Shown: piece after piece, positions 46,886 through 56,189 of the stretch
Position numbering within the stretch: the first letter of the stretch is position 1
Layout: each line of letters begins with the position of its first letter
DNA from: Acutalibacteraceae bacterium
Lineage (GTDB): Bacteria > Bacillota > Clostridia > Oscillospirales > Acutalibacteraceae
Length of the DNA: 64,000 bases
Reading direction: 5' to 3'
NCBI GenBank assembly: GCA_045537495.1
Contig: JAZSPN010000133.1
Span: forward strand, 985 to 64,984
Translations under genes and position numbers: made by a program
The notes under the pieces: model-generated
The model's input: only the letters and a program-made list of their open reading frames with translations
Told to the model about the DNA's origin: nothing
The model's database searches: none

Positions 46886-48756
46886 CATTTTTTCGTATAG
46901 TACTGTGCCTGAGCGTGCCAGAGAGTATGATATTTTCCGTCGGTATCGGAAAGAAGAGCTTCGTGGGAGCCCTCCTGGATTATTGTGCCTTTGTCAAAAA
47001 CGATGATGCGGCTGCAGAAACGGCAGGAAGAAAGTCGGTGCGAAATATAGACGGCGGTTTTGTTTTTCGCAATATCGTTGAAGCGTGAGTAAATTTCGCT
47101 TTCTGCAAGGGGATCGAGTGCCGCTGTCGGCTCATCGAGGATGATAAACGGAGAATCTTTGTACAGAGCTCTTGCTATTGCAAGCTTTTGCTCTTCACCG
47201 CCCGAAAGATCAATTCCGTCTTTCTCGTAAAGCTTATACACCGATTGAGAGAGTTTTTTCGGCATTTTTTCGACACGTTTTCCGATACCTGCAAGCTCAA
47301 GGCATTTCCATACCTTTTCTTCGTCGTAGTTTTCGCAGCAGGCGACATTTTCTCCAATGGGAAAAGCGAGGAGCTTGAAATCCTGAAAAACTATTGCGAA
47401 AAGCTTCATATATTCGGAGAGGTCAAATTCTTTGATATCCGTTCCGTTTACGGTGATAAATCCGTCACTCGGATCATAAAGACGGCAAAGAAGCTTTATC
47501 ATGGTCGATTTTCCGCTTCCGTTCATACCTACAACGGCAAGCCGTTCACCTGAATGGATTTTCATTGAAAGATTTCTGAGAACATAGGTTTCTGTTTCGG
47601 GATAACGAAAGCTGACATCATGAAACTCGAATTCAATATTTTTTGTGTTGATGTCGTTTATCGTTTTTGTTCCGTTTTTCATATCGGAAACGAGATTCAG
47701 GTATTCTATTTCTTGCTTGAGCTGAGGGCTGTTTGCGCGGAGATATCCGAAGTTTCCGGCGAAATCGGAGCAGGCATTTATAAGCTTGGTAACGGCTCCG
47801 TAATACTCTACAATTTTTCCCGGACCGAAGGCGCCGGACAAAGCTTTAAGCCCGACGAAGACGTAGACGGCGCCGCCGAGAACGTTGGCGGAAACGTTCG
47901 ATACCGAACCGAGAGTTGAAAAAACTCTGAAAGCGTCGTTCCGCATTTTTCTGTGAGGGGTATAGATTTTTTCTTCGAGCTCTTCGTTGATGAGAGGCTT
48001 TTCGTTGAAAATTCTTACATCCTTACCGCTTTCATTTTCATTAAGATATTTTTTGTTATAGTATTCTGCTATGGTATTGAATGAAAAAGCATCGTTGAAA
48101 ATTCTGAACAGCTTCTTTTCGCTCAGACTGTGACATTTTACCGAAAAGACGATGGCAACGGCGGTGAGGATAATAAGGCATGCGGCAACGGCGGGAGAGT
48201 TGACGGCTTTCAGTATTCCCGTGAGAGAAGCCGATGTTTTTCTGACAGCCATATCCGAGATCATCACGGCGGAGATTATTACGGAAAATATACAGGCAAG
48301 CATTTCCGAAAGGCAAGAGGCTAACCAGGTAAGTCCGTTTCCGTTGTTTGCACATTCTTCGATTTTTCCGCGCAGCGTCTGCACGGAGGCACTTTCCGCT
48401 TTTGCGTAGTCGAGGGACAGTGCCTTTTTTGAAAGCAGGGCACTGTGCGTATACCATGAGTTGTTCATCATGATAAGGCAGCTTCTGTTGGCTGTTCTGA
48501 TGATAATGTCTGTCAGGAAGGTTGACACGGTTGCAAAAACAATATATTTGACTATCTCTTTAAACGGTTCTTTTTCTGACAGTGCCGTAATGATAAGCCC
48601 TGTACAGTAAATTGTTATGAACGGGCTTACGTATCGCAGAATACAAACGAGAGAATTGAGAAACAGATACCATTTTCCGAGAAACAGCTTTACAAGCTTG
48701 GCACCGTGATAGAGTACAGATAAATCTTCAAAAAGAGCAGATAAACGTTTTTTCAT
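46885..48756 (-). CDS. ABC exporter, fused permease/ATPase subunit
   Basis: Six-TM N-terminal half, Walker A GMNGSGKST, signature LSGGEEQK and Walker B ILDEPT. Confidence 0.9.
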   Translation of the reverse strand: MKKRLSALFEDLSVLYHGAKLVKLFLGKWYLFLNSLVCILRYVSPFITIYCTGLIITALSEKEPFKEIVKYIVFATVSTFLTDIIIRTANRSCLIMMNNSWYTHSALLSKKALSLDYAKAESASVQTLRGKIEECANNGNGLTWLASCLSEMLACIFSVIISAVMISDMAVRKTSASLTGILKAVNSPAVAACLIILTAVAIVFSVKCHSLSEKKLFRIFNDAFSFNTIAEYYNKKYLNENESGKDVRIFNEKPLINEELEEKIYTPHRKMRNDAFRVFSTLGSVSNVSANVLGGAVYVFVGLKALSGAFGPGKIVEYYGAVTKLINACSDFAGNFGYLRANSPQLKQEIEYLNLVSDMKNGTKTINDINTKNIEFEFHDVSFRYPETETYVLRNLSMKIHSGERLAVVGMNGSGKSTMIKLLCRLYDPSDGFITVNGTDIKEFDLSEYMKLFAIVFQDFKLLAFPIGENVACCENYDEEKVWKCLELAGIGKRVEKMPKKLSQSVYKLYEKDGIDLSGGEEQKLAIARALYKDSPFIILDEPTAALDPLAESEIYSRFNDIAKNKTAVYISHRLSSCRFCSRIIVFDKGTIIQEGSHEALLSDTDGKYHTLWHAQAQYYTKK

Positions 48757-50570
48757 ACGCCCTCCTCCTTTCTGTAATACTTACTCTGTGTTTCGAACAT
48801 TTCGGCATACTTTCCGCCAAGACGGAGAAGCTCTTCATGCGTTCCGAATTCAATGATTTTTCCGTTGTCGAGAAGAACTGTTTTGTCGCAGAATCTTGTG
48901 GAGGACAGACGGTGTGAAATATAAATCGAGGTTTTTCCGTCGGTCAGTTCACTGTATTTCATGTACATTTCACTTTCCGCGATGGGATCAAGTGCCGCCG
49001 TGGGCTCATCGAGAATGACGATCGGGGAATCCTTGTATAATGCGCGGGCAAGCAGAAGACGCTGAAGCTCTCCGCCTGACAGAGCGGTGGCTCCTTCGTG
49101 AACTTCACGGACAAGAAGAGAGTTCTCTTTTTCCGGAAGGCTGTCGATTTTTTCCCTGATACCTGCAAGCTCCATGCACGTGTAAAGACGGTTGCGATCG
49201 ATCCTTTCTTCTTCACAAAGGCAGATATTTTTTGCAACCGTTGCGGGAAGGAGTGCACAGTCCTGAAAAAGAGTAGAGAAAAGAGTATAATATTCGTCGC
49301 GGTTAAAAAGAGTGCTGTCCTTGCCGTTTATCAGAATTTGACCGCCTGACGGAAGAAAAAGTCCGCAGATAAGCTTTACCAGCGTGGATTTTCCCGCACC
49401 GTTTACTCCGACAACGGCAAGACGTTCTCCCGAGTTTATTTTAAGCGATATATTATCAACAGACGGGCTGTCTGCACCGTCGTAAGAAAAAGAAAGATTT
49501 TTTAACTCAACGGAGGGAGGGGCGTCAACATCCGAGGGTAACGGAATACCGTCACCGTTGTTCATGGTGTCGGGAATATTTAAAAAGTTTCTCAGGTCAT
49601 TGACGTTGTGATCACTTTCGATAATTTCCGAAACGGAGTCAACGAGTTTTGAGAGCCATGTGCCGAATCCTGTTATTGCACCGAAATAAAGAGAAAAGTC
49701 GCCAAGAGTCATTGATGAGTTGATTTTAAGATGAACAAGATAAATGTACGCGCCGAAGCTTACGGCAAATTTGAAAAAGTCTTCAAGCAGTACATTTATA
49801 TAGTGTCCGTTGTTTTTGCTGACGTAAAATGTACGCATTTCGCGAAGGTGTTTTTCGATTTTTCTCATGAGAAAGTCGGTCATACCGTAAACTCTTATAT
49901 CCTTTGCGGTCGCAAAGTCTTTTGAGCGGAAGGTAACGTATCCTAGTTTTAAGCTGACAGCGGAGAATTTATCCTTAATTGAATCCTTGTATTTTTGCAG
50001 AAGCAACCATCCGACGGCGCTGAGTCCGTAACAAACGATGAGAATGGGTATAAACAGCACATTGCATCGGACGATAATTACCGTAAAGGCGGAAAAACCG
50101 AACACGGAAGAAATGAGGGTGAAGCTCAGCTCAATAAAGCGTGATGCAGAGCCTTCCCACGAGTTGACGGCATTCCATGCTTTTTCCCTCAAAACACGGG
50201 TTTCGTTGTATATGTAATTATTGAAGTCCATGCCCATTACTTTTTCACAAATAAGATGATGAAAAATGATGCACCGTGCATTGTTTCTTTCGTGGTGGCT
50301 TCTTATTGAAAGAAGGTTTTTTGAATATTCAAGAAGGCAAAGAAGTGCCGCTATAGATAAAACTCTTAAAAGAAGCACTGACGGAGCGACGGAATTTTCA
50401 ACGCAGTCGAGAACACGTTTCGGAAGAAAAGCGGCAATAACTGACGTTAGGGCGCTGAGCGGTGCAAGGGCAAGCTGGATGAAAAGGTAGCTTTTGTGTC
50501 CGTGCCAATGGTGTGACAGCATGAAGCGAAGATTGCTGAAATATCCGTATTTTTTATTTGTATCAGTCAA
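48753..50570 (-). CDS. ABC exporter, fused permease/ATPase subunit (heterodimer partner)
   Basis: Walker A GVNGAGKST, signature LSGGELQR and Walker B ILDEPT. A 4-nt overlap links it to the downstream subunit. Confidence 0.9.
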   Translation of the reverse strand: MTDTNKKYGYFSNLRFMLSHHWHGHKSYLFIQLALAPLSALTSVIAAFLPKRVLDCVENSVAPSVLLLRVLSIAALLCLLEYSKNLLSIRSHHERNNARCIIFHHLICEKVMGMDFNNYIYNETRVLREKAWNAVNSWEGSASRFIELSFTLISSVFGFSAFTVIIVRCNVLFIPILIVCYGLSAVGWLLLQKYKDSIKDKFSAVSLKLGYVTFRSKDFATAKDIRVYGMTDFLMRKIEKHLREMRTFYVSKNNGHYINVLLEDFFKFAVSFGAYIYLVHLKINSSMTLGDFSLYFGAITGFGTWLSKLVDSVSEIIESDHNVNDLRNFLNIPDTMNNGDGIPLPSDVDAPPSVELKNLSFSYDGADSPSVDNISLKINSGERLAVVGVNGAGKSTLVKLICGLFLPSGGQILINGKDSTLFNRDEYYTLFSTLFQDCALLPATVAKNICLCEEERIDRNRLYTCMELAGIREKIDSLPEKENSLLVREVHEGATALSGGELQRLLLARALYKDSPIVILDEPTAALDPIAESEMYMKYSELTDGKTSIYISHRLSSTRFCDKTVLLDNGKIIEFGTHEELLRLGGKYAEMFETQSKYYRKEEGV

Positions 50571-50835
50571 TGTTCTCCCTCCTCAGTAAAGTGAAAATTG
50601 AGCGGATGACGAAGGAGCCCGAAACGAGCAGAAACAGTGTACCTTTGACGCGGAAGAGAATAATAAGTCCGAGATCAAGGAGCAGTACGCTGACCAGCAG
50701 AAAGCCCTTGCCGACAGATTTTTTGCTGATGCCGGATTCAAATTTCAGTCGTTTCAACTTACCGCGGCACAGAAAAATTCCGAGCACGGAAAGAAGAGCT
50801 GCGACAGAAAATAAAAGTGTAATGTAGATCTTCAT
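50563..50835 (-). CDS. small three-helix membrane protein
   Basis: 90 aa with three hydrophobic segments. An 8-nt overlap with the ABC gene start suggests translational coupling. Confidence 0.5.
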   Translation of the reverse strand: MKIYITLLFSVAALLSVLGIFLCRGKLKRLKFESGISKKSVGKGFLLVSVLLLDLGLIILFRVKGTLFLLVSGSFVIRSIFTLLRRENID

Positions 50836-50921
50836 TTTTGTTCCTCCTTTTTGTATTTGTTGTTTTGGTCTGACGGATTTTCATGTCCACCTCTCCTTTC
50901 AAAAAATTTACAGATTATTTC

Positions 50922-51629
50922 TTATCTCCTTTTTTGGAGAAAAGTGTCGTAGATTTTGAGAGCTTCCTGGCGTTTCCGAACACTTAACATGACCTTACTG
51001 CCGTCGGTAAGCTCAATGTCGCGGCAACCGAAATTTTTTATGTAACGCATATTTACTATGAAGCCCTGATGACTTCGTACAAAGCCGTGGTGACAGAGAG
51101 TTTCAAAAACTTCGGACAGCTTTCCGACGGCTTCATAAGTCCTGCTTGCCGTATGAACGGTAAGATGACGTTGATAGCCTTCGATAAAGCTGATTTCATC
51201 GACGGGAATGCAATATCTTTCGCTCTGCCATTTCAGTATGAGCGTTGAGCTGACGGCAATAAATTTTTTTATGGCACGGTCAAAGACTTCGTTGAATTCG
51301 TGTTCTCTTATCGGCTTTACGATAAAATGAAGCGCCTCTATCCTGAAGGCTTCAAAGATAAAATCCGTATATCCCGAAACGAAAATGATAATTGATTTCG
51401 GAGAGATTTCTTTGATTCTTTCTGCAACTTCGATTCCGTTCAGGTCTGTCATTTCTATTTCAAGAAAAACTATGTCGTAAATCTTTCCGTTTTCGTAGCT
51501 TCCCAGAATTTCTTTTCCGTTTGAAAAATCGGTTATTTCAAAGCTGTTTTCCTTCGTCCGAAATGAAAGTATTAACTTTTTAATTTCCTCGTGGACGGAC
51601 TTTTTGCCGTCGCAAATACATATTTTCAT
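50922..51629 (-). CDS. LytTR-family response regulator with atypical receiver (Glu at phospho-acceptor position)
   Basis: Receiver-like N-terminus and LytTR C-terminus (ISFIEGYQRHLTVHT...RSHQGFIVNMRYI). The usual FLDIxM reads FLEIEM. Confidence 0.85.
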   Translation of the reverse strand: MKICICDGKKSVHEEIKKLILSFRTKENSFEITDFSNGKEILGSYENGKIYDIVFLEIEMTDLNGIEVAERIKEISPKSIIIFVSGYTDFIFEAFRIEALHFIVKPIREHEFNEVFDRAIKKFIAVSSTLILKWQSERYCIPVDEISFIEGYQRHLTVHTASRTYEAVGKLSEVFETLCHHGFVRSHQGFIVNMRYIKNFGCRDIELTDGSKVMLSVRKRQEALKIYDTFLQKRR

Positions 51630-51689
51630 AGCTTACCTCTGGAGTTTGAGTGGATTATATAATATTTTTCTTTGTATGTCGGCACAAAG

Positions 51690-51721
51690 TGCGAAAGTGT
51701 CGTTTTTAAATGCGAAAGTGT
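51690..51721. repeat. two 11-nt direct repeats TGCGAAAGTGT spaced 21 nt start-to-start
   Basis: Exact copies at 51690-51700 and 51711-51721, about 30 nt upstream (minus-strand sense) of a TATAAT at 51660-51655 in front of the LytTR regulator gene. Confidence 0.5.
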
Positions 51722-51728
51722 TTGCGAT

Positions 51729-51764
51729 AAAATAAAAAAGACACCTTCGCAAAACGAAGATGTC
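51729..51764 (-). terminator. rho-independent terminator downstream of pdxK
   Basis: The minus strand reads GACATCTTCG-TTTTG-CGAAGGTGTC followed by TTTTTTATTTT. Confidence 0.6.
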
Positions 51765-51895
51765 TTGATGATAAAAGGATATAGCTTCGTCAGCTTATAT
51801 CGGCAGACAAAAAGACACTTCGTTTTAAATTTGTATCGACCGTATAATGTCGCATGGTTGTCATTTTGTCCACCTGCCTTTCGGAAAATTTTGTT

Positions 51896-52735
51896 TTATT
51901 GAAGAGCGCTGATGAGTTTCGGTAAAGCGGGCTCAAATGCGGCGCCGTACCAATGATTATCGAGCTTCGCGGTTTCTTTGATACATTCGACGGTGTAGTC
52001 GGCGGCGATTTTTGCGGCTTCAAAGGCACTCTTTCCGCGTACGAATGCACCGGTAAAGGAGGAAGCGTAAATATCTCCCGTGCCGTGACAGCTGTTTTTG
52101 AGAAAATCGTGTTCATAGTACGAATAGTTTCCGTTTTCGAAAACGACGACGCCGGTTTTGTTTTCGGCGTATGAAACACCCGTAAGAATTATGTTGGAGC
52201 ATCCGAGAGATGAGAGCTTCGAGATAAGTGAGTCGATATACGCTCTGTCGTACTGTGTCCTGAATTCGGAATCGGTGAGGAAAGCGGCTTCCGTAATGTT
52301 GGGGACAACATAGTCTGCCTTGGCGCAAAGACCTTTCATTGCCTCGACGAATTCGGAATCGAAGCCGGGATAAAGCTTGCCGTTGTCAGCCATGGCGGGA
52401 TCGACGATTTTTGTGCTGTTTTCGGTTGCACATTCATCGAAAATATCACTGACGTATGCAATCTGACGGGTGCTTCCGAGATAACCCGTATAAACGGCAT
52501 CGAAAGAGATGTTTTCTTTTTTCCAGTGATTCTTGATATCGGGCATATCGTCGGTAAGATCACGGAAGGTGTAACCGGTGAAGCCTGCTGTATGGGTTGA
52601 AAGAACAGCGGAGGGAAGAACGCAGGTTTCGATACCGCAGGCGGAAATGATGGGGAGAGCTACGGTAAGAGAACACTGACCGACACACGAAATGTCCTGA
52701 ATGGTGAGAATTTTTTTGTAAGACAAAACAATCAC
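51896..52735 (-). CDS. pdxK: pyridoxal/pyridoxine/pyridoxamine kinase
   Basis: ILTIQDISCVGQCSLTVALPIISACG N-terminus and GTGDIYASSF near the C-terminus, typical of the ribokinase-like PdxK family. Confidence 0.85.
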   Translation of the reverse strand: MIVLSYKKILTIQDISCVGQCSLTVALPIISACGIETCVLPSAVLSTHTAGFTGYTFRDLTDDMPDIKNHWKKENISFDAVYTGYLGSTRQIAYVSDIFDECATENSTKIVDPAMADNGKLYPGFDSEFVEAMKGLCAKADYVVPNITEAAFLTDSEFRTQYDRAYIDSLISKLSSLGCSNIILTGVSYAENKTGVVVFENGNYSYYEHDFLKNSCHGTGDIYASSFTGAFVRGKSAFEAAKIAADYTVECIKETAKLDNHWYGAAFEPALPKLISALQ

Positions 52736-52764
52736 TCCTTAAAACCGTTTAAAAATTTAAGAAC

Positions 52765-52793
52765 ATGATACTCCTTTAAATGAGCACTGTCAA
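52765..52793 (-). promoter_or_regulatory. promoter TTGACA-17 nt-TATCAT for pdxK
   Basis: Minus-strand -35 at 52793-52788 and -10 at 52770-52765, about 30 nt upstream of the pdxK ATG. Confidence 0.55.
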
Positions 52794-52892
52794 GAAATTC
52801 CTAAAAATAAAATAAAATCGTTCATATTATCGGTGAAGTAAGTTTATTCTTTGTTCATTCTTTTTTAATAATCATGCTTTAAAATAACAATT

Positions 52893-53011
52893 GTTCCGAA
52901 TGAGAAAGGAGCCGCACCGAGTATCATACGGAACTCCTCGAAAGAGGTTACCCCTCCTCAAAGCAACCCTCATAAAGGAAGGACCGTTCTCGCGAACGGT
53001 TCTTTTCTTTT
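52893..53011 (+). ncRNA. candidate orphan structured RNA / attenuator ending in an intrinsic terminator
   Basis: GTTCCG...CGGAAC helix, CCTC-GAAA-GAGG hairpin, then a terminator (52981-53011: GGACCGTTC-tcgc-GAACGGTTC + TTTTCTTTT). It lies between the divergent pdxK and transporter promoters. Class not recognised. Confidence 0.3.
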
Positions 53012-53049
53012 ATGTGGGATGATTTTGTTTAAAATTACTAAAATAATCC

Positions 53050-53078
53050 TTGAAATCACCGTGTTGTTATGATATAAT
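53050..53078 (+). promoter_or_regulatory. promoter TTGAAA-17 nt-(TGa)TATAAT for the GPH transporter
   Basis: -35 at 53050-53055 and an extended -10 TGATATAAT at 53070-53078, 40 nt upstream of the GTG at 53118. Confidence 0.65.
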
Positions 53079-53117
53079 CGGTTTACTATGGAATAGATTT
53101 ATATCGGAGGTGGATTC

Positions 53118-54689
53118 GTGGCGGATCAGAAGAAAAGCAACGCACCTGCCGTGACAGGCAATGAAGGCCTTCAGGAGGGGTACGTTCATCAGAACCGTCG
53201 TTATGTCGGAACGAAGGAGACCGTGGCATATGTTGTCTACGACATGTCCCAGAGTTTCAACATCGGCAAGTTCGACGAAAGATTTATCACGAGTATTTTG
53301 CAGATCAGCTTTAATCTGCAGACATTGACAAAGACAATCAACGGTGTCTGGGATATCGTAAACGATATCTTTACGGGCGCTGTCGTTGATAAGACGCGTA
53401 CACGTTGGGGTAAGTTCAAGCCGTATCTCATGGTCTTGGCAATTCCCGGTACGATTCTTTCGCTTATTTATTGGATTCTTCCCCTGATTTTCCAGGGAAA
53501 GGGACCCGATCACATGGGTAAATTTGCAGCTTATCTGTTACTTGCGCTTATCCGTGAGGGTGTAGGTACTTTCCAGGGTATCGCGCAGCTTGGTATTCAG
53601 GCGACGATAACGCCGCACCCCGTTGACCGAACGCGACTGATTACCGTGGCGAACTTCGTTTCGGGATTCGTCGGCGAAAAGCTTCCCGAGCAGATTATGA
53701 CGATTCTTCTCGACCTTATCGGCAACGGTGTTCTGAAAATTGACTATACCGGACTTTTCGTCAGTATGGGTGCAGTAACGGTGTGTATCGCCGGTATCGG
53801 TGCATTCTGGTTCTTCTCCATCTGCAAGGAACGTGTCATGCAGTCGATTGAAGAGCCGAGTATCATTCAGGGTATCAAGTCCATTGTCAACAACAAACCG
53901 CTTCTGCTTATCACGCTTTCGGAAATGCTCAACGGCTTCTCCATCGGCGGCAGCAAGACGGACTACCTCATCGACGTTCTCAATTTCGGTTCACTTGCAT
54001 TTATTACGGGTATCCCCGGCTCCATCGTTCATCCGTTCAGCTATGCCATGGTTCCGTGGTTCCGCAGACATTTCTCGAGCCGAGTCCTTTATATCATTGC
54101 AACATACATAGGAAACCTTCTGAATATCCCCGTATTCTTCTTCGGTTCTATCGGAGGAAAGAAGAACGGTATGTACAAACGTGTCGTTCCGATGGGAATT
54201 GCACTTACACTTTGGGAAACCGTATTTATGGTGTTCTACGGAGTACGTACTGTTATTCCTTCGGAAATGTTCAACGAATGTATGGACTACTGCGAATGGA
54301 AGAACGGTTACCGTTCGGAAGCTATGACTTCTGTTGCAAAAGGTCTTGCAAAGAAGCTTACGTCAATTGTAAGTGGTGTTATCTCCACTCAGCTTAAAAA
54401 GCTTATCGGTTACGATCTTACCGCATACACAAGAGGTACTGCTCAGTCCGATAACACAAAGTTCGGCTTGTTCGCAATGTTTACGATCATTCCGTTTGTA
54501 ACGTCTTCTCTCGGTATTATTCCGATTCTCTTCTATGATCTCAACGGTAAAAAACGTGACAAGATGTATGAAGAGCTTCTTGCAAGACGTGCTGCCGTTA
54601 CAAATGCTGTTGCATCGGGTGATGCAGACGCAATGGAACTTGCTACGAAGGCACAGAAGGTTACGGGAAGCGAAGACAATCTTAAGTAA
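53118..54689 (+). CDS. GPH/MFS_2-family (glycoside-pentoside-hexuronide type) transporter
   Basis: 523 aa with about 12 TM helices. The N-terminal GTKETVAYVVYDMSQSFNIG and D..T.TRWGKFKPY motifs are typical of MelB/GPH proteins. GTG start with a GGAGGTGG SD. Confidence 0.75.
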   Translation: MADQKKSNAPAVTGNEGLQEGYVHQNRRYVGTKETVAYVVYDMSQSFNIGKFDERFITSILQISFNLQTLTKTINGVWDIVNDIFTGAVVDKTRTRWGKFKPYLMVLAIPGTILSLIYWILPLIFQGKGPDHMGKFAAYLLLALIREGVGTFQGIAQLGIQATITPHPVDRTRLITVANFVSGFVGEKLPEQIMTILLDLIGNGVLKIDYTGLFVSMGAVTVCIAGIGAFWFFSICKERVMQSIEEPSIIQGIKSIVNNKPLLLITLSEMLNGFSIGGSKTDYLIDVLNFGSLAFITGIPGSIVHPFSYAMVPWFRRHFSSRVLYIIATYIGNLLNIPVFFFGSIGGKKNGMYKRVVPMGIALTLWETVFMVFYGVRTVIPSEMFNECMDYCEWKNGYRSEAMTSVAKGLAKKLTSIVSGVISTQLKKLIGYDLTAYTRGTAQSDNTKFGLFAMFTIIPFVTSSLGIIPILFYDLNGKKRDKMYEELLARRAAVTNAVASGDADAMELATKAQKVTGSEDNLK

Positions 54690-54698
54690 TTTGTTTTT

Positions 54699-54735
54699 AT
54701 CGGGGCTGTTTCTTGGTACAGCCCCGATTTTTTTT
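54699..54735 (+). terminator. strong rho-independent terminator
   Basis: ATCGGGGCTGT-8 nt-ACAGCCCCGAT forms an 11-bp perfect stem followed by T8. It ends 15 nt before the MBOAT start. Confidence 0.85.
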
Positions 54736-54749
54736 AGAGGGATAAAGTA

Positions 54750-56177
54750 ATGCTTTTTTCAGGAAATATTTTTCTTATAGTTTTTTTGCCGATCGTATTA
54801 TTCTGCTACTTCGTTTTATTCAGAAAATCGAGAAAACTGCAGAATGTCTTTCTTCTCATTGCATCACTGGTTTTTTATGCGTGGGGAGAGCCTAAATTTG
54901 TCTTTATCATGATGAGCTCCATTGTTGTCAACTGGTTGATGGGCTATCTTGTGGACAAATACCGTGACAAAAAAAGTGCCGTCAGGGCGATAATGACAAC
55001 CGATGTTATTTTTAACCTCGGGCTTTTATTTGTTTTCAAGTACCTGATGTTCACGGTGGAAAATATCAATTCCGTTTTCGGAACGGAGCTTCGTATTCCG
55101 GAAATAGCACTGCCTATCGGAATTTCATTCTTTACCTTCCAGGCGATGTCGTACGTTATCGACGTTTACCGCAAGGACGGCGAGGTGCAGAAGAATCTTC
55201 TCAATGTCGGACTGTATATTTCGCTCTTTCCTCAGCTTATTGCAGGCCCCATTGTACGCTATCAGACGGTTGCAGACGAAATAATGAATCGCCGTGAAAC
55301 TCTCGAAGATTTTACCGAAGGTGTAAGAAGATTTATTATCGGTTTTCTGAAAAAAGTTTTACTTGCCAACACAATGGCGATAATTGCCGACGGTATTTTT
55401 GACAGTACAGAGCCCGTCAGTACCGCTTCGGCATGGCTTGGTCTGATTGCTTACACATTCCAGATATATTACGATTTTTCGGGATATTCCGATATGGGAA
55501 TCGGACTCGGCAGAATGTTCGGTTTCCACTTCCTCGAAAACTTCAATTATCCCTACATATCTCTTTCCGTTTCGGATTTCTGGAGAAGATGGCACATTTC
55601 TCTCGGAACATGGTTCCGGGATTACGTCTATTTCCCGCTCGGCGGAAGCAGAGTTTCGAAAAAGAGCAGACTTATATTCAATCTGTTTGCAGTCTGGTTT
55701 CTTACGGGCGTATGGCACGGTGCCAACTGGACTTTTATTATCTGGGGACTCATGTATTTTGTTCTGCTTGTTACAGAAAAGCTTTCGGGTATGGAAAAGA
55801 AGCTTTCATCGAAGAAGTTTATTCCGATAAGATACATCTACACGATGTTCTTTGTCTGCATCGGCTGGATGATTTTCAGAGCCTCCGACATCACGGCGGC
55901 AGGTGAATATTTTAAAGCACTTTTCGGCATCGGTGTAACGGCGCTTGACGATACCTTCCGTTATTATATCGGAAACTACGCCGTTCTGATTTTTGCATCG
56001 GCACTGTTCTCCGTACCGACGGCACCGTATCTTCGAAAGAAGGTTTCGGCACTTTCAAGGGTGCCGAGGACTGTTTGCGGTGTACTCTACGTTGTTGCGG
56101 TGGCCGTAATGTTTGTTTCGGCATTTTCATTCATTGTAAAAGGCTCATACAATCCGTTCATTTACTTCAATTTCTGA
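54750..56177 (+). CDS. MBOAT-family membrane O-acyltransferase (AlgI/DltB/PatA-like)
   Basis: 475 aa and polytopic, with FWRRWHISLGTWFRDYVYFPLGG containing the conserved MBOAT His. Confidence 0.9.
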   Translation: MLFSGNIFLIVFLPIVLFCYFVLFRKSRKLQNVFLLIASLVFYAWGEPKFVFIMMSSIVVNWLMGYLVDKYRDKKSAVRAIMTTDVIFNLGLLFVFKYLMFTVENINSVFGTELRIPEIALPIGISFFTFQAMSYVIDVYRKDGEVQKNLLNVGLYISLFPQLIAGPIVRYQTVADEIMNRRETLEDFTEGVRRFIIGFLKKVLLANTMAIIADGIFDSTEPVSTASAWLGLIAYTFQIYYDFSGYSDMGIGLGRMFGFHFLENFNYPYISLSVSDFWRRWHISLGTWFRDYVYFPLGGSRVSKKSRLIFNLFAVWFLTGVWHGANWTFIIWGLMYFVLLVTEKLSGMEKKLSSKKFIPIRYIYTMFFVCIGWMIFRASDITAAGEYFKALFGIGVTALDDTFRYYIGNYAVLIFASALFSVPTAPYLRKKVSALSRVPRTVCGVLYVVAVAVMFVSAFSFIVKGSYNPFIYFNF

Positions 56178-56189
56178 GAGGTGGTCGGA

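Noticed and set aside
52900-53022. 40-codon ORF (MRKEPHRVSYGTPRKR...) inside the orphan structured element
   Set aside because: It has no Shine-Dalgarno sequence and reads straight through the terminator hairpin and T-run. It is more likely non-coding.
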